Positions 20,183 through 30,566 are shown, counted from the first letter of the stretch. The stretch is 64,000 bases of DNA from a virus (IMGVR_UViG_3300020048_003360:32001-96000), one strand, 5' to 3'. Numbers and translations: made by a program. The notes: a model not told the origin generated them from the letters alone.

Positions 20183-21859
20183 ATGGATAAAGAGGTGAAA
20201 AGTATTGAATGTCGTTTTGTCGTATATTGTAAACCCACTAGTAATGGCGATGATTTACACGTAGTAAAAGAACAAATTCATACTGTAGATGGTGAAGTAG
20301 TGCCAAATGTTAGATTAATAAAGAACTTTAAAAGAAAGTTTTGGATTACTAAAAAAGCACAACGTACTCATTTACAAAAGAAAGAATATACAAAGTTAGA
20401 AAACGTAATAGAATATCAATCCACTCAAGGTAATTTAATATATAGTATTGCTAATGTGTTAGGTGGGCCTCCAGCACATAATAGTTTAAGAAAACTCTGT
20501 CGTAATCCATATATTTACGGCGCTGACATATTATCCACTGCTGTAGTAAAAAAAGCGTATCAAACAAAATATCCAGATATAAATACATTCTATAATGTAG
20601 CTATTTTTGATACAGAAACAGACATGGTAAATGACACTGAAGAAATAGTGATGGCCACTCTATCATTTAAATCTAAAGTGATTACCGTAATTAAAGAATC
20701 CTTTGTGGCTGGACATAGTGATGTAATTAATAGATTAAACATACTACTAAAAAAATACTTAGGTGAACACGTAGAGAAGCGTAAAATAAATTGGGAAGTT
20801 TTAATAGTACCCACAGAAGTAAATATTGTAACTGAGATTTTTAAGAAAGCACATGAATGGAAACCAGATATTATTGCTATATGGAATATGGACTTTGATA
20901 TTCCAAAAGTAATAAATGCATTAGAAAAAGCAGGAATAGATCCTAAAAATGTATTTTCTGATCCAATAGTACCGAAAGAATATAGACACTTTAGTTACCA
21001 TAATGGTAGTGCTGTCAAGGTAACTGCTAGTGGTAAAGAAATGTCTAAAAATTATTACGAACAATGGCATACCGTATATGCACCTAGTAGTTTTTACTTT
21101 ATAGATGCGATGTGTCTATATTATCAGATTAGGACTCAAGGTGGTAAAGAACAATCATATAGTTTAAACGCAATCTTAGATAAGCATTTAGGTATTAGAA
21201 AATTAAACTTTGATGAGGCTGAAAAATATGTAAAAGCTGAATGGCATCAGTTTATGCAGAGTAAATATCCATTAGAGTATGTAATCTATAACGTATTTGA
21301 CTGTATATCTATGGAATTATTAGATGAATCTACAAATGATATATCGCTAACATTACCTATGTTTTCTGGATGTTCTGATTTTCATCATTTTAACTCACAA
21401 CCAAAACGATTAGCTGACGACATGCATTATTTTTGTTTAGATAATGGATACGTCTATGGAACTACTAGTGACGAAATGGTCACTAAGGATGATAGCCTAG
21501 TTACTAGTGGAGTAGGGTGGATCGTGACTCTAGAGGCTAATTTAGTTAGTGATTCTGGCCTACGAGTGATTGAAGAAGATCCTAATATGAGATCGAACAT
21601 TCGGGCGATGGTTGGGGACCTTGACGCTACGGCAGCGTATCCATCCGGTGAATGTGTCTTTAATGTCAGTAGGGAAACTACACATAAAGAATTAATCCGT
21701 ATAGAAGGCGTGCCAGAATCAATCAGAAGACAACAGGGGCTGAATCTATCTGGTGGACTCACGAATGCGGTTGAGATCGCTAATGATTTATATAAACTAC
21801 CAACCATGCATGATTTGTTAAGTTGTTATAATGAACACCAAAAAGATCTCTATCAGTAA
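20183..21859 (+). CDS. Split family-B DNA polymerase, 3'-5' exonuclease + motif A subunit (phiKZ gp82-like)
   Basis: ExoI FDTETD, ExoII WNMDFD, ExoIII YNVFD, motif A-like DLDATAAYPS. Confidence 0.85.
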   Translation: MDKEVKSIECRFVVYCKPTSNGDDLHVVKEQIHTVDGEVVPNVRLIKNFKRKFWITKKAQRTHLQKKEYTKLENVIEYQSTQGNLIYSIANVLGGPPAHNSLRKLCRNPYIYGADILSTAVVKKAYQTKYPDINTFYNVAIFDTETDMVNDTEEIVMATLSFKSKVITVIKESFVAGHSDVINRLNILLKKYLGEHVEKRKINWEVLIVPTEVNIVTEIFKKAHEWKPDIIAIWNMDFDIPKVINALEKAGIDPKNVFSDPIVPKEYRHFSYHNGSAVKVTASGKEMSKNYYEQWHTVYAPSSFYFIDAMCLYYQIRTQGGKEQSYSLNAILDKHLGIRKLNFDEAEKYVKAEWHQFMQSKYPLEYVIYNVFDCISMELLDESTNDISLTLPMFSGCSDFHHFNSQPKRLADDMHYFCLDNGYVYGTTSDEMVTKDDSLVTSGVGWIVTLEANLVSDSGLRVIEEDPNMRSNIRAMVGDLDATAAYPSGECVFNVSRETTHKELIRIEGVPESIRRQQGLNLSGGLTNAVEIANDLYKLPTMHDLLSCYNEHQKDLYQ

Positions 21860-21879
21860 TGATAGTTAATAAATAAAAA

Positions 21880-21922
21880 ATAATCACCACACTAGGAGAT
21901 ATTCTTCCTAGTGTGGTGATTA
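21880..21922. terminator. Hairpin between convergent genes
   Basis: ATAATCACCACACTAGGA...TCCTAGTGTGGTGATTAT. Confidence 0.75.
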
Positions 21923-21940
21923 TGATGTTATACGAATGTT

Positions 21941-22300
21941 TTACAATACACTATCTTCTCGATTTCCTGCCCTATGTTTGTGAAGAAACTGGTATAGTAC
22001 ACAAAACCCCATAGCTGTTAATTTGGAGCCTACAGTACAGATAGCGTATGACCCTGCAACTTTCTCTTCACTATTCCTGTTAGCAGTGTGAATATAAACT
22101 CTATAATGAAGTTTCGTATCGCACCAAGTAAATACAAAATCTGGCACATATCTAAACTCATGAGTAACAAAAATCCTATTTAACTTATCAGAAGAATCTC
22201 CTGCCACTACTGTAGTTTTTGGTAATGCTCTTAATGCCAGTAGGCTACTATATATACCTTTTCTTTCTAATCGTTTCCTCATTACTACAGATAGTTCCAT
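21941..22300 (-). CDS. Conserved phiKZ-like hypothetical protein
   Basis: 119 aa; AAAGGA RBS. Confidence 0.65.
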   Translation of the reverse strand: MELSVVMRKRLERKGIYSSLLALRALPKTTVVAGDSSDKLNRIFVTHEFRYVPDFVFTWCDTKLHYRVYIHTANRNSEEKVAGSYAICTVGSKLTAMGFCVLYQFLHKHRAGNREDSVL

Positions 22301-22367
22301 TTTTAATCCTTTATGTAAGGTTACAGCTATTAAAATAACAAGTGACTGTCATCACTGTCTATACCAC

Positions 22368-22413
22368 ATAAATACTCACACTAGGAGATATTCATCCTAG
22401 TGTGGGTATTTAT
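22368..22413. terminator. Hairpin with the same 29-nt core as 21888-21916
   Basis: ATAAATACTCACACTAGGA...TCCTAGTGTGGGTATTTAT. Confidence 0.7.
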
Positions 22414-22619
22414 CAATCTACCATACGTGTTAACCAAGCATGCATCCAAATAAGTGATTCCGATATTGAATTATCCTTAAGAGTTTTGTCAAGTTTCCGT
22501 ACCTTATTCATTAATACCTTAGGAACGGGCCTCTTAATATCCCTTATAGTTAATGGATTCTTTATAATGGGATGTATTTCACACAATAACTTTTCTACGT
22601 CATCGTCGTTATACATCAC
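22413..22619 (-). CDS. Small early hypothetical protein
   Basis: 68 aa; AGAGG RBS. Confidence 0.55.
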   Translation of the reverse strand: MMYNDDDVEKLLCEIHPIIKNPLTIRDIKRPVPKVLMNKVRKLDKTLKDNSISESLIWMHAWLTRMVD

Positions 22620-22649
22620 ACTACCTCTTTAACTAAAATGTTTAATACT

Positions 22650-22916
22650 TCAGCTAAATTTATTTCTGCGTCGTCGCACTTCTTTGATGCTGATATTTAA
22701 ACGCTGTGCCTCATCCTTTACACTATTACTAAAGACTACTTCAGTAGCCGATGGTGCTTGGGTGGCCTGTATTTGTATAAACGCAGTACATTTTCCATCG
22801 TCATATATATCACATTTTCTGCATTCTGGAAGTTCTCCTATTGTTACGTTATTTAAACGAACACAACCAGCGTCTCTAAACTTTACCAAAATAGAGCTAA
22901 TTGTACTAATCATCAT
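22650..22916 (-). CDS. Small early hypothetical protein with Cys cluster
   Basis: 88 aa; CRKCDIYDDGKC. Confidence 0.55.
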   Translation of the reverse strand: MMISTISSILVKFRDAGCVRLNNVTIGELPECRKCDIYDDGKCTAFIQIQATQAPSATEVVFSNSVKDEAQRLNISIKEVRRRRNKFS

Positions 22917-23202
22917 TATCGTCTTCGTATGAAGATATACTGGTTTCTAGAATCATTTCAGTCCAATAAGCATTATCTAAATCGATATCAATAGGAATAC
23001 TTAAGTTATAAATAGCATCATTATTTCCATTGTCATTAATTACATGCCAAGATTCCAGCTCATTGGAATAACATGCTTTTTGGATAACAGTATTTCCATT
23101 ATCGCTATAGTAGTGTAACACTACAACACGATCGTCATCAGGTACGTGTTCAGATGCTAATGCGTAAATCATTCCATTGAGTGGTAAATTATCTAGTTTC
23201 AT
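22906..23202 (-). CDS. Small early hypothetical protein
   Basis: Real start likely MKLDNL (23202, AAAGGA RBS); the track start lies inside the promoter motif. Confidence 0.55.
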   Translation of the reverse strand: MKLDNLPLNGMIYALASEHVPDDDRVVVLHYYSDNGNTVIQKACYSNELESWHVINDNGNNDAIYNLSIPIDIDLDNAYWTEMILETSISSYEDDNDD

Positions 23203-23222
23203 TATTTGTCCTTTAGGTGGTA

Positions 23223-23257
23223 CATATAGGTAATATATTGCCATAATTATTTTGAGT
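23223..23257 (-). promoter_or_regulatory. Early promoter
   Basis: 35-bp motif, minus strand ACTCAAAATAATTATGGCAATATATTACCTATATG. Confidence 0.8.
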
Positions 23258-23331
23258 ACGGCATAATAGTCAATAACACCAGATAGTGTTATTGACTATT
23301 ACGTAAATTAATTCTATTTATGGAAGACTAC

Positions 23332-23979
23332 TTAACGACTATAAAAAGCCGTTACTTTTTGAATTCCTTTTTCTGAAACAAACTTTAGTGTATTAGCTAT
23401 ACTCGCTTGTTTTACTGCTAACTGACGACCTTTAGGATCAGCAGTTAATTTTAGTAAATTTAAAATACGCTGGAATGACGCGCGTTCATCTTTAGAAAGA
23501 GGAATTGATTCAAAATGACGAAATACACGACACTCGTGAAATACACCATCTTTGTGTTCGTGAAATAGTTGTAGAGTATTAGCAAACACATAATTAAAAT
23601 CATCATCTAGATTATTAATTATGTTCGTAAGTGTTCTATAAAGCTGTACTTGGTGACGCGTACCTTCTTCAACAGTAACTGGTTTACGAGGCGCCATATT
23701 AGTAATATAGTCTAATAGATTTTGCTGTGCAATTTTACCTAGTAAACTAATATTTTCTTTTTCTACTGCCGGTGGGATAGGGGTCGGAACTACCTCAGCC
23801 TTTACTGCGGGCTCTGAAACTACCTCTACCACAGGTACCTCTTCCTCTACTACTTCTATTACATTAGAAATAACATCTTCAGTTCCAGTAGTGTCTGGGG
23901 TTACAGATAGAATTTCTGTAATCGCTTCAGGCACTACGGCGGCTGATGTATTTTCTACCGATTCAGCTTGTTTATTCAT
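23332..23979 (-). CDS. Conserved phiKZ-like protein with acidic low-complexity N-terminus
   Basis: 215 aa; AAAGGA RBS. Confidence 0.65.
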   Translation of the reverse strand: MNKQAESVENTSAAVVPEAITEILSVTPDTTGTEDVISNVIEVVEEEVPVVEVVSEPAVKAEVVPTPIPPAVEKENISLLGKIAQQNLLDYITNMAPRKPVTVEEGTRHQVQLYRTLTNIINNLDDDFNYVFANTLQLFHEHKDGVFHECRVFRHFESIPLSKDERASFQRILNLLKLTADPKGRQLAVKQASIANTLKFVSEKGIQKVTAFYSR

Positions 23980-24041
23980 TTTCTATTCCTTTGTATGTTT
24001 GTTCAAAATATAATGCATAGTAATAAAAAAAATACTTTATT

Positions 24042-25349
24042 TTAGAAAATACTCTCTTTATAATTCATTTTAGCTAAGTTTAGCCCTTTAGAATGCCCTG
24101 CTTTCATGTTAATGTACATCATGACAGAACCAAAGTTTGTAATAGCTACAGACACACTAGTTGGGTTATTAGAAAGATTAGTACCTATACACGTATGACA
24201 AAAATCTGTCTTATCTGCCTTACAGTACATTGGGCTACGTACTAAAACTGTTTTACCAATATATTGTTTAGCATCATCAGTAGTATTAACTCTAATACTA
24301 CCACCTTTAGTAACTACACTATATCCAACTAACCAATCTAAATTCTCATTAGTTACTGTAATTGGGTTTCCTAATTTACTACCACAATCATCAATAGTTA
24401 CATTGATATTAGATGATGTTCTTTGTAGCCATTTAAATGCCTCACCACCTTTAATAGTTTCTGCACCTCTATTAAAACTACCGGCACGAAGTGAATTATT
24501 CATAGCTGGGAATGCATTAATATCCCAACCTTCTGATAATGAATTTTGTATCAGATCTACATTTATCTTTTCTTCTAATCCAACTTCAGCACCTAACATT
24601 CCAAATAGTTTTTTACGATGAATAGCAATGGTGTCGTTTTCAAGTAAAAAACCTTCACTTAGATCACCTTTAAGATATGCTTTATCAAAAGCTACTAACT
24701 CGGCATCTATTAATGCCACTATAGCTGGGTCATGTAGTCTATCTTTATATTTCTCAAATAGAGTTGCTTTTAATTCAGCTATTCCTGGAGCAGCTACTAT
24801 TGACTTTGGTGTAGCTCCAGGTACACATAATTGAGTAAAGCCAGTAAGGTAAAAAACAGAATCACAAAAATTTAGATACTCATCAACATATATTTCTGAC
24901 TCAATACGATCTTCAACGTTAATTGGTGTATTTTTTAATTTCTCTAAAATTAAACTTTCTACTAAATCTGGACTAACTTTAGTATTGAGAAAAGATATTT
25001 TTTTACCAAAACAATTAATTAGTACTATATAGTTAAATAATACCCTACCATATGTAGTGGTAATATCTGAAGTTAGATTAACTAATTCATTTGCTTTTAA
25101 ATTTAATTCTTCACCAATAGCAAATAGTGGTTGTCCAGCTACCGCATCGTCGATCGGTAATAATTCACTAACGTCATCTGGATTTACAAAGAAGTAACTA
25201 GTCGGTGTTTGAATTAATCTATACGGATAACTATCTTTTGACCAAGCTCCAGGTACTTCTTGTACTAACGCAAATACCGATAAAACCCAAGCCTTTCTTT
25301 TATATAATTCGGATTTCATTGCTTGTAAAAAGAACTCTCTTTTTAACAT
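24042..25349 (-). CDS. rpoC: Virion RNA polymerase beta'-like subunit (phiKZ gp80-like)
   Basis: DCGS and RSPMYCK...FCHTCIG Zn-binding motifs of beta'; 435 aa. Confidence 0.85.
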   Translation of the reverse strand: MLKREFFLQAMKSELYKRKAWVLSVFALVQEVPGAWSKDSYPYRLIQTPTSYFFVNPDDVSELLPIDDAVAGQPLFAIGEELNLKANELVNLTSDITTTYGRVLFNYIVLINCFGKKISFLNTKVSPDLVESLILEKLKNTPINVEDRIESEIYVDEYLNFCDSVFYLTGFTQLCVPGATPKSIVAAPGIAELKATLFEKYKDRLHDPAIVALIDAELVAFDKAYLKGDLSEGFLLENDTIAIHRKKLFGMLGAEVGLEEKINVDLIQNSLSEGWDINAFPAMNNSLRAGSFNRGAETIKGGEAFKWLQRTSSNINVTIDDCGSKLGNPITVTNENLDWLVGYSVVTKGGSIRVNTTDDAKQYIGKTVLVRSPMYCKADKTDFCHTCIGTNLSNNPTSVSVAITNFGSVMMYINMKAGHSKGLNLAKMNYKESIF

Positions 25350-25350
25350 T

Positions 25351-26178
25351 TTAATTCCTCTGCATTTTTAACAATAGATTAGTTACTTCTACACTAACTT
25401 TTGTAATTTGATCTATAGAAGAAAAATATATATCTAATTGATCTTGAATTATAGCCACTGGACTTTCATTTCCATCGCTACTAATTAACGCTGCGGCTAT
25501 TAATTCAGTAGCTGCCTTTTTAGCTGGCATTTCTTCTAAGTCTTTACCAATGATTGATAGGTACGTGTTTAATGGATACCCTACATCTAAACCATTGGTC
25601 AATAATACGGTAGTTAATAATTCTGTATTTCCAATTAAATCTGTAAACATAACAAATGAATCTATATATTTCTGCTTTTGTTCTTTATCTACTGTACTAA
25701 GTATCTCTGGTTTTTCTTCACAGTGTTCTTTTAGTACATAAATAAATGCAGTACTTACTTTATCTATCTCCAGTAGTAGTTCATCTGCATTCTTATGCAT
25801 CACTAATGAAACCAACTCTGCAAAAACTTCATTAGTGCTTATTGGCAAAGAAATTGTATTTAGTAGTGTGGTGGTATCTGAATATGTTCCGATATCAACT
25901 ACCGCATTCAAAAACATAGTTCTAGTATGAATATCAGTATGATCCACTAATTTAATGCCGTGTGCATTAAGTAAAAAGATCTGATAATCGGTTGTTATCT
26001 TCATAACTTCATCCATAACCATAGTGGGTGTCGTTATGTCTAATAACATTAAAGCATCTATATAGCTATCCTGGTAATTCGGTAAATCTAGTTTTTCAAA
26101 TGTAATGAGGGCTTCTGCTAATAGATCTACTAAATGTGGCGCGGCTTCATTAAGAAAAACTTTTAATTCAGTAAACAT
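25351..26178 (-). CDS. Virion protein (gp79-like position)
   Basis: 275 aa; coupled to the vRNAP subunit gene. Confidence 0.55.
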   Translation of the reverse strand: MFTELKVFLNEAAPHLVDLLAEALITFEKLDLPNYQDSYIDALMLLDITTPTMVMDEVMKITTDYQIFLLNAHGIKLVDHTDIHTRTMFLNAVVDIGTYSDTTTLLNTISLPISTNEVFAELVSLVMHKNADELLLEIDKVSTAFIYVLKEHCEEKPEILSTVDKEQKQKYIDSFVMFTDLIGNTELLTTVLLTNGLDVGYPLNTYLSIIGKDLEEMPAKKAATELIAAALISSDGNESPVAIIQDQLDIYFSSIDQITKVSVEVTNLLLKMQRN

Positions 26179-26313
26179 ATAAACCTCTAAAATAAACTAA
26201 AAAAATACTAGGATATATAATTGTGTAGTTAGTAGGCTAATATTTTAGACTACACTAATGTTTCAAATAATTTGGGTAAGATAGTATTTTTATTTTTAAT
26301 AGGATAGTAAATC

Positions 26314-27099
26314 ATGACTATGAAATCCGCTGCACGACTAGCTAGAGATCAAGAAGAAAAGAACTTAAAGAAAGGTACGAATAGTGAAAATATTACTTTT
26401 AAGAAACACCCAATGCCAGCAGTAAATAAATTTGCTAATACAAAAAATCATTTAAAAGATAATGCATGTTGGGATGAACTGAATTCAATGTATAGCAGTA
26501 TGTGTCAATTACTGGGTAGTCACTCCGCATTAAGTGAGTTTGCTAAAGACCCAATCTTAACTAGTGCTGTTGTGGATAAAGAACTAATGATAACTAATCT
26601 CAATATTCTAGCTAGAGATCTTCAGAATATGAGTACTGAGCTATCTGAAATTAGTGCTTTACATAGGAATAGAACTGGTGGTACGCGTGATCCAGATCAA
26701 TTAATGAAGACTATTTCTATTTTTGAAATGTATAATCTATTTATGGAAAGGCACGATGCTGTTGTTATGCCTACTGCATATGATTTAGTAGGTCAATTTA
26801 ACGAAGCAGAGCAACTTCTATTAAAGGCACAAAAAGCTAAAGAAGGTTTAACTGATCCTAATGTAATTAGTGATGTTGAAATTATTAATATTAGGACTGG
26901 AGAAACTGGTGAAGCTATGACTCCTATTGAAGGTGAGGTTCTTACAGCACGTCAATCGGAACCACTAGATTTTGAAAAACTAAAGAATTCATTTATGGAG
27001 CTACATCCAGAATTATCCGATATAGATCAGGATATTGATATTGTGACCAATCGAATAAGTGAAAAATCATTACCCAATATTGATGAGGTAACTAAGTAA
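26314..27099 (+). CDS. Conserved phiKZ-like hypothetical protein
   Basis: 261 aa; AGGA RBS; TAATG coupling to the next gene. Confidence 0.65.
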   Translation: MTMKSAARLARDQEEKNLKKGTNSENITFKKHPMPAVNKFANTKNHLKDNACWDELNSMYSSMCQLLGSHSALSEFAKDPILTSAVVDKELMITNLNILARDLQNMSTELSEISALHRNRTGGTRDPDQLMKTISIFEMYNLFMERHDAVVMPTAYDLVGQFNEAEQLLLKAQKAKEGLTDPNVISDVEIINIRTGETGEAMTPIEGEVLTARQSEPLDFEKLKNSFMELHPELSDIDQDIDIVTNRISEKSLPNIDEVTK

Positions 27100-28718
27100 T
27101 GGCTAATATTGAAAAAAGTATTCTACCTAATGAAGAAGCATTAGATAATGTATTGGAAAATACTGGCGCATTAGATGAGATCACATTGCCCACTGCTGAA
27201 GAAGATTTAGTAGTAGATAGTATTCCTGATAATAGCAATACTGGTGTTTTAGATGAAATTGTAGTGCCGGAGTCCAGTGATAAAGAATTATCTAGTGATA
27301 ATGGTACAGAAAAACCAAGAGTAGTTATTAATAGAACACCAGCAAAAAATGTAATTCAAGAGTCTGAAGTATTTGCTCCATTAGATGATCCCAAAGATGC
27401 TGACGGTATTGCCTTATCGTTACCATCAGATACTCAAGCTAATATCAACACTCTATTAGAAGGTATGCCTAATATTGATATTAAGGAAACCCCTAATGGA
27501 TCTGAATGGATTGAGCGTATTAAAGCTGCTAAATACACACGTCCATTTGGTGAGTGGTTTGACGATACTGTAGAACGCGCTGACTCTATGTTTAAGCAAT
27601 CAGTACAGTCAGAAAAGGGTAAGTTGACTGCTGGTGGTTTAAAGTTTAACGATGGTATGGGTACTAAACTAACTGGTGAAAGAGCTGTATTGCGTGTGCG
27701 GGCTCTTACAGGCCTCGGTAGTGTGGTGATGGTACCACTCTGGCACTCTGGTTTTTGGATCACTCTAAAGGCCCCTACAGAGTCTGCTATGTTGGAGTTA
27801 AATCGTAGACTATCTGAAGAAAAAATTGAATTGGGTAGAGCTACATATGGTCTAGCTTTTTCTAACAATTCAGTTTTCTTTGCTGGATGGTTAATTGACT
27901 TTGCTTTGAGCCATGTTTATGATACTAGTTTAAAAGCTGATGTATCTGAAGATATTCGTAGCAGAATTAGTCAATTAGACGTACCTCTACTAATCTGGGG
28001 TTTAGCTTGTGCCATCTGGCCAAATGGTTTTCCATATGCTAGAGCTGTTATGGATCAGAGTACTGAACAAACTAAAATCATTAAAGAAAAAGTAAATGTA
28101 GGTAGATTGCTGTGGGTAGATAATTTATCTTTAACTCCATGGCAAATTTCACATATGGCGCAGAGACATGGTAACAGCATGACTGCTGAAACACTGGATC
28201 GCTATAAGAGTGAATTTACAAGAGGTAAAGGTAGGGTAGTAAAGTTAAATGACTCTATCTCTATCACACTACGTGTACCTAATATAGATCAGTATATTAC
28301 GTCTGGTCAAAAATGGGTAAATAACATTGTGGCTATGGTGGATAAAGCCTTCAATATGTCGGCAAATGATGGAGTTAGAGATAGCTACATTATGGATCAA
28401 GGTAAAGCTACAAACTTACGACAATTTGCACACTTTGTAGAATCACTAGAAGTAGCGGATGGCGTAATTGATGATGTCGATACCCTAGATCAGACATTTG
28501 ATGCTCTTAGTAGTAGTAATGAAATTCGTACTGCTTTCTTTAAAGGTATTAAAGAATTTATTGAAGATGCTACTATAGCGGTAATTGCTATTCCAGTAAC
28601 TGAAGATGCTGAAAAATCTGATTTGCCTAGATTTCCACATCTACTACCATTGGATGTGATGTCAGTTTTTTTTATCCAAGTAACCACAACAGTATATCTA
28701 ATTCAAGCTCGGAATTAG
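27099..28718 (+). CDS. Conserved structural/assembly protein (possible baseplate-hub or tail assembly chaperone)
   Basis: 539 aa; acidic N-terminus; T8 run near the 3' end. Confidence 0.55.
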   Translation: MANIEKSILPNEEALDNVLENTGALDEITLPTAEEDLVVDSIPDNSNTGVLDEIVVPESSDKELSSDNGTEKPRVVINRTPAKNVIQESEVFAPLDDPKDADGIALSLPSDTQANINTLLEGMPNIDIKETPNGSEWIERIKAAKYTRPFGEWFDDTVERADSMFKQSVQSEKGKLTAGGLKFNDGMGTKLTGERAVLRVRALTGLGSVVMVPLWHSGFWITLKAPTESAMLELNRRLSEEKIELGRATYGLAFSNNSVFFAGWLIDFALSHVYDTSLKADVSEDIRSRISQLDVPLLIWGLACAIWPNGFPYARAVMDQSTEQTKIIKEKVNVGRLLWVDNLSLTPWQISHMAQRHGNSMTAETLDRYKSEFTRGKGRVVKLNDSISITLRVPNIDQYITSGQKWVNNIVAMVDKAFNMSANDGVRDSYIMDQGKATNLRQFAHFVESLEVADGVIDDVDTLDQTFDALSSSNEIRTAFFKGIKEFIEDATIAVIAIPVTEDAEKSDLPRFPHLLPLDVMSVFFIQVTTTVYLIQARN

Positions 28719-28738
28719 ATAATCCTGAAGCTCATGTA

Positions 28739-29143
28739 GTGCATCCTAGTTTTGGTGAAACAGTAGAATGTAGTGCCGCTATAGAGGATCTTTTAAATAA
28801 AGTTCCTATACTGTGCTCTACAGATACACAACTATTACTAATGGATAAGTATGATTTCATATATGGAATATGTAATCATGATTTAGTAGAAGCTAGTAGG
28901 CCGCTTTCTATTATAGCGCTACATCCAGCTGAAAATACTGATGCTGGTAGTACCATTTACGAGAGAATTGATCAGTTTGCCACTTTACAGGTAGGTAAGT
29001 ACTTTAATCTATCTTTAACTGAATTCCTAGAATATCCAAGAGATATTGTAATACATATTTTAGAGATTGCATCAAAAATGCAAGAAAAAGGAATTTCAGA
29101 TCAAAGTGGCATCTTAGACGAGCTTACAGGTAATAGTAAGTAA
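28739..29143 (+). CDS. Small assembly-chaperone-like ORF, possibly expressed by -1 frameshift
   Basis: No ATG or clear RBS at the called GTG; frame is open from 28631; YFNLSLTEFLEYPRD motif. Confidence 0.55.
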   Translation: MHPSFGETVECSAAIEDLLNKVPILCSTDTQLLLMDKYDFIYGICNHDLVEASRPLSIIALHPAENTDAGSTIYERIDQFATLQVGKYFNLSLTEFLEYPRDIVIHILEIASKMQEKGISDQSGILDELTGNSK

Positions 29144-29144
29144 A

Positions 29145-29195
29145 TCATATACCCCACACCTAAACTCATATAGAGAATAGGTGTGGGGTATATGA
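29145..29195. terminator. Hairpin between convergent genes
   Basis: TCATATACCCCACACCTA...TAGGTGTGGGGTATATGA. Confidence 0.75.
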
Positions 29196-29209
29196 CGTGA
29201 TATTAAGAT

Positions 29210-29572
29210 TTATCCATAAACGATTTTACCAACAGGCGTAATAATTACTCCAGAAAGCCACCCGAAGCTATCATACTCACCACGTACTACCCTATAGCCA
29301 GCTTTAACTAAAACATCGTGAGTTAGATACGCGGGAGTACCTTCAGATGTAATTAATACACTATCTGCAAGTGAGATAATTTCATCATAGAGGGTAGTGA
29401 ATTCATCATCTCCATTATTATCTGGCTGTACAGATAACCAGTTATGTGCTGGGTTGGTAGATATTTTAGTAACGTCAGTAGGGAAAGTATATTTCTCGAC
29501 TAACTCTTTTGGTAATGCAACTAAACTATTTAAACACTCAATCAATTTCATTACTTGTTCATCTTTAATCAT
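29210..29572 (-). CDS. Hypothetical protein
   Basis: 120 aa; AAAGGA RBS. Confidence 0.65.
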   Translation of the reverse strand: MIKDEQVMKLIECLNSLVALPKELVEKYTFPTDVTKISTNPAHNWLSVQPDNNGDDEFTTLYDEIISLADSVLITSEGTPAYLTHDVLVKAGYRVVRGEYDSFGWLSGVIITPVGKIVYG

Positions 29573-29603
29573 TTCTTACTTCCTTTATTAAAAATCTAAA
29601 TAG

Positions 29604-30530
29604 TTACTTAATCCATTTCAGTAATGTCTGAATATCGATCGTAAATCCCGTTGCTGTCTTATGTCCACCACCACCAAAGTTTTCAGCTAATTCAGTAGTA
29701 TCAAACTCAGGAGTAGAGCGTAAGCTACATTTACACAAATTATACTTATCTAAATACCACAGCAATGCGAATGTACCGGTTTCTAGAGCTAGGCGATGGC
29801 CTACATCAGACTGTAGGTGTGGTGGACAGTTAACCGCTAAACAGTAGAGTGTGTCTGTACCATAGGCCTTCTGGAGACCTGGAGACATAATCTCACAACG
29901 CCTAGATCCACCTCTGATTACTGATTCCACATTAGCGTAGTGGGCTTTTAACAGAATACCTCCATCGGCAATAAACTTAGGATAAAATACTTCTGGGTTT
30001 TCAAAAAACCATTCATTTAGTTTTTCAAAATTCCATGGATATTCAGACCATACAGCTTTTGTAAAGGCCTTAGTATCTTTATATAGAAACTTCCATCGGT
30101 CACCATCATCAGCAAACTTAATAAAATCCGGTATTGTTGTTTCGGGATTAAAAAACTCCCATGCAATCAAAGCACCCGATCTATCATTATCTAAACACAC
30201 GCTGAGTTTATCGTCTGAGAAGAAGTGTGGTTTAGAGGTATCATATTCCTTACCCAACCACTTTTTAAAAGAACTCTCGTGATGATCTAACCACACTACA
30301 TGTACTGATCTATTTTTAATTTCATTTAAAATCTCCATTTCAAATGAAAAATCTAAAATATAAACATGTAGATTTAAATCGCCTAACTTCTCTAAATCCT
30401 CGATAGTTTTTATTTCACCATATTGCACAGCTATATATTCGGTATCAGTAGTACCATATACTTTCCATGCAGCCATAGCAGCGCAAATACCATCAAAACA
30501 ACTTTTATGATATAATATTTTCTTTTTCAC
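29604..30530 (-). CDS. DHH/DHHA1-family phosphoesterase
   Basis: YHKSCFDG, ILDFS, WLDHH and GGGH motifs. Confidence 0.9.
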   Translation of the reverse strand: MKKKILYHKSCFDGICAAMAAWKVYGTTDTEYIAVQYGEIKTIEDLEKLGDLNLHVYILDFSFEMEILNEIKNRSVHVVWLDHHESSFKKWLGKEYDTSKPHFFSDDKLSVCLDNDRSGALIAWEFFNPETTIPDFIKFADDGDRWKFLYKDTKAFTKAVWSEYPWNFEKLNEWFFENPEVFYPKFIADGGILLKAHYANVESVIRGGSRRCEIMSPGLQKAYGTDTLYCLAVNCPPHLQSDVGHRLALETGTFALLWYLDKYNLCKCSLRSTPEFDTTELAENFGGGGHKTATGFTIDIQTLLKWIK

Positions 30531-30566
30531 TTTACTTCCTTTATAAAGATTAATTTAAAGTAATTC

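Noticed and set aside
23203-23244. N-terminal extension of the 22906 ORF
   Set aside because: That ATG lies inside the early promoter; an RBS supports 23202
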